64,000 nucleotides of DNA, from contig OZ037773.1 in assembly GCA_964035545.1 (NCBI GenBank), positions 7,221,751 to 7,285,750 on the forward strand, in the 5' to 3' direction. The stretch is from Bugula neritina (Eukaryota > Animalia > Bryozoa). The position numbers were made by a program, and so were the translations under genes. Under the pieces are notes generated by a model. The model made no database searches. It had not been told where the DNA came from and worked only from the letters and a program-made list of their open reading frames with translations. Each line of letters starts with the position of its first letter. The stretch's first letter is position 1. Positions 36,301 through 64,000 of the stretch are shown in pieces.

Positions 36301-37972
36301 CAAGTACCATTATGCTGTTTTCTTACTAAATAAGTTTAATGCTCTGCATGTCAATCGATTTTCATGACTCCGTTCTTGACTATCACTCTATTTAATGTGT
36401 CTGTCTGTTCCAACAGGATGCGTTGGCATTGGTGCGACTAGATGATCTATATTTAGAGTCATTTCAAGTGCAAGATGGTGAGTTTCTCTAAGTTTCCTGT
36501 CTGTGCCATCAGCAATAAAGTTCCTAATTTTGAATAATCATCCTGAAAAATCTGCTATGATTTACTTGTATACTTCACCAGCTGCGATGACCCACGGTGG
36601 CAGTGTGACTGAGTGTGTAACTCACATTGACAGTGTGACTAAGTGTATAATTCACAGTCACTGAGTATGTTGCTGTAATATTTCTACTTGTTGCAGTAAA
36701 GACACTGAGAGGTGACCATTTAGCCAGAGCTATCGGTAGAATCGCTGGTAAAGGAGGCAAAACAAAGTTCACCATTGAGAATGTTACCAAGACTAGAATT
36801 GTGCTGCAAGAAAAGTATGTTTCTGTGACCTATGCTATTCTTTATCAGCTAATTTTAGTTGGAATTGCTATTGTAGCATTTTGTGTGTTTTCTTAGGTTA
36901 TTATGCTCTGGTTAATCAGTTTGTAGAAATTTATTAGATTGGTCTTTTTTCTGCTTATCCACACTTTTATATTCATTCAGACATCCACACAGTTAGATCC
37001 GTTACTGTTAAGAGAGTACTAAACCCTGTGTAATGATCCTGCAGATGTTATAAAAAAAATTTCAAATAGCCTTTGTATCATTTTATGCAGTCCTTTCAAG
37101 TTTTACTTGCATTGCACTGTATAATATATAATTGTATTTATTTTGGATTTGTCCTTGTAGCAAGATAAACATACTGGGTACATTTCACAACATAGCTGCT
37201 GCTCGTCGTGCTATATCTAATCTCATACTAGGTGAGTATATCTATAGTATAGAGTTGTATTCTCATACTAGGTGAGTATAACTATAGTATAGAGTTGTAT
37301 TCTCTACTAGGTTAGTATAACTATAGTGTAGAGTTGTATTCTCTTACTAGGTGAGTATAACTATAGTATAGAGTTGTATTCTCATACTAGGTGAGTATAA
37401 CTATAGTATAGAGTTGTATTCTCATACTAGGTTAGTATAACTATAGTATAGAGTTGTATTCTCATACTAGGTTAGTATAACTATAGTATAGAGTTGTATT
37501 CTCTTACTAGGTTAGTATAACTATAGTATAGAGTTGTATTCTCATACTAGGTTAGTATAACTATAGTATAGAGTTGTATTCTCATACTAGGTTAGTATAA
37601 CTATAGTATAGAGTTGTATTCTCATACCAGGTGAGTATAACTATAGTACAGAGTTGTATTCTCATACTAGGAGTGTTAATATAATTTGGTGGACGTTTTG
37701 AGGGAAACAATTATATGCTGTTCGAGAACGTTTGCCTTCACCTACACTGTTTAGTTAACTTATTTGATGTACTATTCAGTGATCTGATTTCTCTGGTTTC
37801 CTGTTGCTATAGTTACTCTTCAGCGGCAGATGTAAGTATAGTAAGTAGTCTGGCAATATTTCCCCTTGTAATGTCTATATATACAGCTGGCTGATGTTTT
37901 GTAGGGAGTCCTCCATCTAAGGTTTACGGTACTATGAGAGCTATTGCTGCTAAAGTCCACGATAGGTTTTGA
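30320..37972 (+). CDS. PNO1: RNA-binding protein PNO1 (Dim2), KH-domain 40S biogenesis factor, 270 aa
   Basis: Exons 30320-30580, 35961-36110, 36211-36294, 36417-36477, 36697-36814, 37161-37231, 37905-37972. Motifs: [71 protein letters not shown]. Confidence 0.97.
30666..35749. mobile_element. Kolobok element copy 2, inserted in the first coding intron of PNO1
   Basis: TTAA at 30662-30665 and 35750-35753. Same orientation and roughly 99% identical by eye to 1513-6778; lacks the ~181 bp found at 5227-5407. Confidence 0.9.
37221..37670 (+). repeat. 40-bp minisatellite whose unit contains the PNO1 exon-6 donor junction (ctcatactag|gtgagt)
   Basis: The real donor follows 37231; ten further AG|GT copies occur at about 37271, 37310, 37350 and so on to 37630. 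Confidence 0.93.
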
Positions 37973-38749
37973 GAGACAGTGAAACAGCTTTCTGGCTATG
38001 GAGCACTTCTACGTTACAAACCTCATGTTACATTACTAATTCTTATATGATACATGTATTCCTGATATGTTGCATGTAATTCTCCTGTGTTGTATGTACT
38101 GATGTGTTTTACATGCAATCCTTGTAATGTAAGATAGGACATGCTCTGTTTTACATGAATCGATTTGTTGAAACTATTTTTTATAGTTGAATGGTCTTGC
38201 ATTCAAAGCAAAAGTGCTAAGAAAGTTTTTTATGTGTAAACTGGAGTTATCTTACCTGTAAGAAGTTATATTTATATAATAAGCCGTCACCTAATGACCC
38301 CGAAAAGTGGTCAAGGGAATTTTATTCATTATTTCCCAAGTCACCATAACTTCTTACAAGATTTTATTTGGAAACACATAATTAATGATACTTATCCTAT
38401 AGACATCAGTTAAACAGATTAGCAAAGGGCAGCTTTACCTAAAGTAATGCAGTAACTGAACACATTTGAGATCTTGACATACTATAGCGTATGATGAAAC
38501 TGCCCCTGTTATCCATCAATGTAAGTATAAGGAATATATAGCCAACAAAATAGAGCCGTGTAACAATGAATATAACCGTAACTAAAATAACCCATTTTCC
38601 ATCAAAAGTAAATTGCAAAAAGTTGAACAAATAATTTTGCTGATATTTTAAATGACATGATAAATTAAAATTGGACGATAAATATTTAAGATGAAAGTGT
38701 GGCTACATTTTAAAGCCAGACTTTCAGTAACTGTTGCTGTGAGCGTCAA

Positions 38750-41700
38750 TTAGTGTAGGAATCGGATGCTCATCTTCTGCTCAACATCCACTCTTTCCAT
38801 GCACTGCAAGAACAACACACAACTGACTCAAGATCAATCACTCAGAGAACTGATAAAATACTAGTCATCGTATTGAGAAATCCACAGTTTTATGGGTGAT
38901 CAAAATTGAAGCATTTAGGAGCAGTAGTATAGAAATCAAGATAGCCTAAGTCCTTACACTTTTTTATTAAATTTTGGTTTGGATTGAAATTCTGAAAACA
39001 AAACTTCTTATGCTACATTTCTAATCTAGAACACAGGCTTTTCTCAATTTCTCCATTACTGCATCTACCTCCAAAATTGTCAAGTATACGATTTCCAATA
39101 ACAGCACCACAATAAATCAATGGTTGACACAAGACAATATAGATAAAGGCTTCATTCTGCATACTAATCGGCTCAGCTTGACTTGAAGAGGAAATGATGA
39201 AACCCACACCAATGACTAATGTGTAGGCTGATGGATTAGTAGCACACATGTGTTCAGTGAAGGTGAACAGACAGACCATAAAACAAACACTCCATGACAG
39301 TGAAGGACAGACCATAGAGAGAGGTATAACTTGTAACAAAGTAGTATACAGACAACGGAAACAGAAAATGTAACCAGTGTTTTAGGAATAAGCTGCTTAC
39401 TTCGGAAAACTCTGAGAAGGAAATAGCTCGGTCGCCATCTTTATCGGCCTCAGCAATAGTTCTGTCGGCAATGCTTCCGAGCTATTAGGTGAGAAAACAG
39501 CAGCTACAGCATGCATACAGTACTATTACAGAATATCTAAACACTATACACAGTCCTGCTACAGAATGTACACAGTACTATTAGAGAATATCTAAACACT
39601 ACATACAACCCTGATACAGTATGTACACAGTACTACTACAGAATATCTAAACACTACATACAACCCTGATACAGTATGTACACAGTACTACTACAGCACC
39701 TGTTCTTCTGATATGTTTGCTCCCACCATCATGTGTAACACTGCCAACAGCTCTTCTCTAGATATGAAACCATCACCGTCCAAGTCGTACATACGAAATG
39801 CGACTGAAACACACAGGAAATGCAGTAAGCAACAGTGTGAATCACATTTCTATATTATTTTTATGAAATGAATTTCACTGAAGCTAACAGTTAGTGTTTG
39901 TGATCTTGTCATTATTTAGAGTTTAACCTATGAGCGGTCAGAGAACTAAAAGCTAGCTGTAGCCTTAGGGCACTTACATCTTAGTTTCTGCTCTCGAGTG
40001 TTCAGAGTACCCCCAGAGTCTTTAGATTTCCTGTATGGTCGGAAATGGGCCAGAGTCCTCATGAACTGGCGGAAGTTGAGAGATTCCTCGTCATCTCTTC
40101 AATTGATGAATAATTTACAGTCGGGACAGAATAACTAACAGTAATAGTGAGTACTAGCAGTAGTAACAGTGAGTACAACTAGTAGTAATAGTGAATACAA
40201 CTATCAGTAACAGTGAGTACAACTAGTAGTAATAGTGAATACAACTATCAGTAACAGTGAGTACAACTAGTAGTAATAGTGAATACAACTATCAGTAATA
40301 GTGAGTACAACTAGTAGTAATAGTGAATACAACTAACAGTAACAATGAGTACAACTAGTAGTAGTAACAGTGAGTACAACTAGTAGTAATAGTGAGTAAT
40401 AGTAGTAGTAGCAAGTACAGGCAATAGTAACTGTTCATTATCAGCAAATGTGTATCTAATAATTATCTCCAAACAGATTTAAATGATAACCCAATATTTT
40501 CATAGGCTTATTGCTTTATTCATCTGAAATTATATGATATTTAAAATTATATAACTGATAATACTGAATGCTAGAAATATACAGCTATAGCTATCCCAAT
40601 CTTCATGTGTAGCACAACAACCGTAACTGTGTTGATAACCTTTCTAAATAGAAGGTGTTGATCATATAATTCATCTTTTTGGTAAATAAAGACTGCATGG
40701 AAGTAGGGGTTGCATAGGCAGGGTGATAACAAACGTTACCATGGTAACCAGACAAGCAGCAGATGAAACTACAGAACCATAAAATTCTTACCCTTCCTGG
40801 AAGAAAGCGTGGACAATTCTATCTCCTAGCGGGTTAATAGCTAGTTCTGGAATTCCCAATAAATTCTCACGACTAAAATAATAAATTCAATTAAATATAA
40901 CCACTAATAACTTCCTATAAATTATATTTCAGTGTGCTATTTTATTAATGTTGGCACTAGATTCTATCAATCCAAGTGCATAATCATTATAAATTAGATT
41001 TTGAATGTTGAAACATAATGCAAGCAATTTGAACATCAATTTCCTACTGGTGGAAGCCATTGACAGTTATCTTACAGTAATACTGTATTATTGGCAATAC
41101 TATAAGTCAGTTCAAACTATACCAAATGTGACATATGTAAACGTCTATCAAAGTTCATAGAACTCTGATAGACGTTTACATGTGAGAGAAGATGGCTGTA
41201 TAAACAGAAGTGCTAGTTTGGGAGATACTTGAACTAATACAGCACATGTACATCCTCCAAATCAGGGACAACATTTACTACAAACACCCCCTTTCTCAGT
41301 ATTAAATTTCAGTATAAACATTCACTAAAACATAGTATAGAATACACCAGGCAGAGGTTTATAGTAAATTAGATACCACCACCTACTGGTCAACTACCAA
41401 CACATAACTCACTCATCATATAGAGCGCACAAGATGACGACTTTATGTCACAATAAACTACAGGAAGTAGTAAGCAATATGAACTGTAACTTACGTCAAG
41501 TAACCACTGTTATTCTTGTCTAGGTTATTAAACCTACTGTAGAGTCGGATAATCTGATTGGGCGAAACTAAAAATACAAAGAGAGTGAATACATGCTACA
41601 CACACTTAAACCTTTGAGGAAGCACGCACATTGAGAGTTATTATTAGCACTAGAAATGTAAATTTTCAGAAAGTGTTGCCAAAAATGCTGAGTAAAAGCT

Positions 41701-41896
41701 TAGTTTGTAAATAGTCTTTCAAACAAACAAGTATACTATAAAACAATCAGGGAAAACAGCTCCTACTTGTATATTCAGTTGAATAATGAGTCATAAGATA
41801 GAAAGTGACGAGTCATGAGCGATACTTACATCCTGTATCTCGCTGTATTTCAGACACTTCTTCTGGCTGCAACAAAACTGCAGCACGGTTGCCCAT
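38750..41896 (-). CDS. CHP1: Calcineurin B homologous protein 1, EF-hand protein, 192 aa
   Basis: Exons 41896-41830, 41567-41495, 40872-40792, 40096-39978, 39803-39700, 39481-39401, 38803-38750. Motifs: [10 protein letters not shown] (Gly2), [57 protein letters not shown]. Confidence 0.96.
38915..39067. mobile_element. ~160-bp MITE copy B (last CHP1 intron)
   Basis: Shares both TIRs and the core tgctacatttctaatctagaacacaggct with copy A. Confidence 0.75.
39510..39695. repeat. ~55-bp tandem repeat abutting the CHP1 exon-5 donor
   Basis: About 3 units of cagtactaytacagaatatctaaacactacatacaaccctgatacagtatgtaca. Confidence 0.8.
40135..40410. repeat. ~21/42-bp minisatellite (agtaatagtgagtacaact) near the CHP1 exon-4 acceptor
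   Basis: Seen directly, about 12 units. Confidence 0.85.
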
Positions 41897-44792
41897 ACTT
41901 CAATCTATAATACATTATGATTATATACTTAGTAGCACAAGCTTTTACCCAACATCTATAATGTACACCCTGCATTATATTTAGATATGCATAATTACTA
42001 CAAATAATTTGACATAATATTAAATACAATCATTATATTAAATTCATAAAAAAAAACAATTATAATGTTTCGATATAACTGGTATAGTATAACACTTTAA
42101 CTAAAATTAACTATATTGAAAGCCTAAATAACAATAAAATGTGAAAATTGGTATTATGAGAACCAAAAAAATACTGTCACTTCAAGGGTGTAACTGTCAC
42201 ATTAGGCATGAGGCTCAGTTTTATAACCAAGTCTACTAGTACTAGTAAAATTTACTATTACTATTAGTGATAACCCCATCGAAAATCGTTAGTGATTAGA
42301 CTTAAAGTTACTTTATAAGTAATAATTATTATGATTATTATTCTATACCACAAATTTAAATTACTAAACAATGATATTAATATGATACTCAATGTCAGAA
42401 TAGCCAATAACTAAATAAGAACACTTTTCAGTACTGTTATGAGTTATTGAGCGTAAACTTACAGTTAGTGTTACTAAGACTATGAGTTTACTCACACTCA
42501 AACTAAATCCCACATGGCACAAGGATAGTCTTAACTCTTAAGTAACGCTAGCCATATTTATATTACCACTCGGATTGACATTATTTTCTGAAATTGCTTT
42601 TACAATGAAACCAGCATTAAATCTTATAATCAAAATTATATTAATTATTGCCAAATGAGTAGTGGCTAATACTAATAGTAATACTTGAACTTAAAGTCCA
42701 AAGTAAAAGTTATATCATAAGGTTTGGCTTTAGTTTCAAATAATTTTTATTATAACTGTTTTATTTACATTAAATCTAATATAAATTAAAATATTACCAC
42801 CAATATTTATATCAAGTTTAACCAAGTTATTATATTTAAATCAATAATGATTATATTTATCAACTTGAACTTGATTACTAATTAGTATTATTATTTCTAA
42901 TATTAAACTAGTAAATTACTAAATAGTAAAACTAAATAGAAGTTTAATTAGTATAACTATAAGTTAAAATATTACTACTACTACGCCTACTACTAGTACT
43001 AGTACTGGTAAAAGTATAACTACTAGTACTAGTAATACTCTTACTATTAGTATTAGTAATATTAATACTAATACTAATAGTAATAGTAATACTATTACTC
43101 TTAGTGTTACTGTTAGACTTAGTGTTACTGTTACTGTGTTAGGTTGAAGTTCACAAAAGACGAAACGTTGTAATTGTAAAACTAAATTGGTAAATGTATA
43201 ACATTTACCAGTCGATACTCAGTATTTTAAAAACAAAAACTTGTATGAGTTTAAAAACTCTCACAACTAGTATAGGAATGAAAATCTCGGACAAATGTGA
43301 TTTGTCATCATGATATCTATTATAATTATGCAATACAACTAAAATTATCCTGAAGTACACGAACACTCTTTTAGACTTGGATCCTACAATGTCAGAGGAA
43401 GCTGAGAAAGACTTTATGCTCAGTAACAACATGCTCTAATAACGAGTTCCGCCGTTTTATAGCTACACTCATTCACTATAGTACCACGATTACACTTTTA
43501 GTTACAACCAAAAGTTGTTAAAAGGCAACTCCTACAACATGGGTGTTTGGGCAAAACAATTAATAAGACAACTTCAATCTAATGCAGTTATACATGGCAG
43601 ACCTCTGCTATCTCAACTATTCGACAACAATGTAAGAAATGTGTCTTAGGTAAACCATTTGATAGAAACCCTGAGCTAATTTTTAGCATTTTCGGTGCCA
43701 GTTGCAGGATAGTTTGGTTTTTCTAGTGTGAATGTTTTTCTAGTCTTAAATTTGTGGTCATCGAACGTCAACATATATAAATTCCTCTTTTGTATAGTAA
43801 ATCTTTTTAATAAATTCAACCAAAAACCAAATCAAAATAGCAACTGCTTAGCAGCCACTATTTTTCAGTATTTCTCAATCCCAACTCAACAGAACAATTG
43901 CTAGTTGTAATAATTTCATCCGTAGAAATCACAAACATTTAAGGAAACCATAATTCCTTACAGCCTTGAAACACTGAAGTTTTTGTAGTTTTGAAACCAC
44001 AAACATGTTTATTATATTAGACAAGAAACGATGCGCTTGTGAAGGAAGTAGTTTTACTGCACAACAGACCAGAAGGCAGCATTTTGCCAAATGATCATTA
44101 CAAAAGACACCAGTAAGTGATTGTAGTTGTTAGGTATTTATTGACCTGTACAAACCTTAGTAATAAATTGAAAAGGTGAATCATTTCTAGAAAACCATTC
44201 AATGCCGTCTGCATTAACTACCTGCTCGAAATTACATGTTATAAGGAGTAGCGAAGATCTGAACACACAAATTATAAAAAGGGAACTAAAATCTGCCAAC
44301 AGAATAAGTAAGTGTCATAATCATTTATATACCTTTTCAGAGACTAAATTGTTCAAAATAAAAGAGTAAAGGAGAAAATAATTAGTAGATAAAGTAATAC
44401 AGAATGAATTGCTCAATTTAACAGATAGCTCAATTTTCCATATGATAACTTTTATTACTGAAGCAAGGGTGAGAAATGTATAAAATACAATAATAGTAAC
44501 TACAATCTAGGCTCACTTCATGGGTGGGCAACGCTAAGGTAGGTAACATGGTAATTGATAAAAATCTCGCAGGTAACATGTATCTCACAAGAGATTTGAT
44601 TTATTGACCACAGATTTCCGCCAAACTGCATTCACGTTGAGTGTTGAAATACAGAAGATTTTCACGTCCCATATTCAAACACAACTGTTGAAATGTTTCG
44701 AGCTGCTGCTAGCGAGACTGTGGCATCCACGTTGACCAATTAGGAGTGATAGTAGGAGAGATATAAGTCGGTGTCTCAGCAGACGGCGGGGT

Positions 44793-61934
<17,142 letters not shown>

Positions 61935-61959
61935 GGCTAAATTTCGGCCTGTTCATTCA

Positions 61960-62230
61960 CGCAAAATTCGAAATACTACTCCCAAGCACTTGAGGCTGAG
62001 GGAAGGGAAGAAAAAATCACCTGCCAAATGCTGCTACCGGGTTGGTGTGAAATGGTCATGTGATGCACTCGATTGTTTATTATTCGTTAGAATAGCAGTG
62101 GGCGCGGTTTTGCAAAGCGGAGACAAACCTTCATAAAATGCTTCCGCATCCTCCAATTAAGAGACGACAACCACTAAAAAGTAAAACAAGTTCTACAGCT
62201 GCATAGATCACGTCGGGTAGTTAACTACCA
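61960..62230. promoter_or_regulatory. Probable promoter of alpha-actinin, likely shared with a divergent + strand gene
   Basis: Locally CpG/GC-richer stretch (gggcgcgg, cttccgc, cacgtcgg) immediately upstream of the actinin ATG exon. Confidence 0.5.
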
Positions 62231-62805
62231 ACAATTAAGTTCAATTCTTACCAATAACCAATCCCAACAACATTGATAAGCATACAAACAGTTATCAACA
62301 CACCGAGACAGCAAAAAACATGTAATTTCAATGGCTATAATATATTATTAGGGTGAAGAATTAAAATAACTTCTATGACCAAATTATTATAACTGCAAAT
62401 AGTTATTACAATGAATGAAACTCCAAGTAAGGATTAAAAAATTAACATAAAATTTTTGTTTGCAGCGTTTTAAATGTTTAATCACAAAATTTTTAAATTG
62501 ACAAGAATAAATTATAAAATATATAAAACAAAAATGCTTCTTTAGTTCGTCCTTTGAAACAAATATAATATTTGAGGTTATATTATAGCTGCCGTCTATG
62601 TCGGCTCGAGATGTTGGAGGTTTTTTAGAATTGTTATTAAGGATAATTGTGTTATTGTTATAATATAACAGTAACACAATTATCAATATTAATATCATTA
62701 ATATTTATAACTTTATTTTTTAAATATATGCTTGAAGCTGTAGTTCAATTTTTTTCATCAATAAAATTGTTTTAATTAGGTACTTGTTTTGATTTTAGTT
62801 GCAGC

Positions 62806-63873
62806 ATGAACAACTACAAGTGAGCATGAGTATAAGTATAACTATAACATTAAGTTTAACTATAACTAAAAATATTCACATTGATATTGTCATTGATGAT
62901 TGATATTCATATTCACTATCAGTATCATATTGCCACACTCACTATCACTCTAATCATCATTGTGATTTTTGCAATTCAGATTGTAATAATAATAATTATT
63001 TTTATTATGATTAACATACTGATAATCATAATATAATTATAACTGTCAACATCATGATCATGATTTTGTGTATTGATATACTATTATCCATAATACTCAT
63101 ACTCATACTGTGCAAACTATAACTATCACTGCCATGCACTCACTGTGGCATTGATTAAATGAGATTGAAAGTTAAAATATAATAAAATCAAATGATATTG
63201 TTGCAGTACTGATTAAAAAAGCTAGAGTGTTCTAATTCAAATTAGTGGTCTTTTTAAATAATTTCATTATATTTTGAAAACTAGTTTTTTTATTTTCAAC
63301 ATATTAATTTTAGCATATAAGTTATCAAAAGAGGCAATAACATGGCATATTTTTATTCTGTAAACTTAAGCTTTTTAAAACATGAAAACCGTGAATGCAT
63401 TTTGAAATATTTAAATATTTTTCATTACTAGTGTAAAATTCAACGAGTAGATATTTACAGGGTTCTCAATTTCTTGTTTATTATCAAAGGATTGTACAGC
63501 ACTGCTATAATCTACCATGACACCACACTATATAAAGCAGGCAAATTATTTTACCTAATCTCTACAATATATATGTATGACTATTGTCGAGCAGAGATCT
63601 ATGCCAAATCAGATTTATTTTAAACTAACAGTATTCGACTGCTCTGATATATTTATAATTCACAGCCAGTAGTCTTCATATATTTTTCAGATCAGCTACA
63701 GCTTTGATACTCTACATAACCAGTATGGGCAGGTCCTCAAAGCTTTTCTAATGTTGCCCTATTGACTTATAGCTGAGGCTGATATATATGCTGGTATTAC
63801 CAACTTCTTTGCTTTAACCAGAAGGACAAGAGTATGGCGACTTTCAAACAGGGCTCGAAAGCAGCTCTGCCAG
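62806..63873 (+). CDS. Probable first exons of an unidentified gene running off the right end
   Basis: Candidate exons ATGAACAACTACAA|gtgagc (62806-62819), ttttcag|63691-63732 and ttaaccag|~63822-63873|gtaagt. One phase-consistent reading is MNNYKSATALILYITSMGRRTRVWRLSNRARKQLC. Frame and identity are uncertain. Confidence 0.3.
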
Positions 63874-64000
63874 TAAGTGACTTATTCATGAGTGTTTAAG
63901 CCTTTGTACTGTACACTAGTTCTTTATGGTAGAGGGAAGTTTACAATATAGAAAGTTCAATTAATTAATATGCTAAAATACACTAAACAGAGCTGAGCAT

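Overview
AT-rich, intron-rich animal genomic DNA, most likely a lophotrochozoan invertebrate (inference). All exon structures below were built by hand from splice sites and reading phase. Genes: 5' part of CCDC91 (-); a divergent 17-exon HIF-alpha/SIM-class bHLH-PAS gene (-, about 998 aa) with no ODD or C-TAD, a CxxCH motif in PAS-B and a YxSP-repeat tail; PNO1 (+); CHP1 (-); alpha-actinin (-, 889 aa) with two consecutive mutually exclusive exon pairs in CH2; and the probable 5' end of an unidentified + strand gene. Mobile elements: two near-identical 5.1-5.3 kb TTAA-flanked Kolobok elements carrying decayed transposase and KolX (P2X7-C-terminal-like) genes, several MITE families, and one MITE nested in another. 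Two patterns are not explained by these features. (1) A degenerate hexamer lattice (T-N-A-N-W-N)n lies next to the 5' end of every gene, including both transposon genes. (2) Several minisatellites have a repeat unit that is a copy of the neighbouring splice junction, producing arrays of decoy donors or acceptors.
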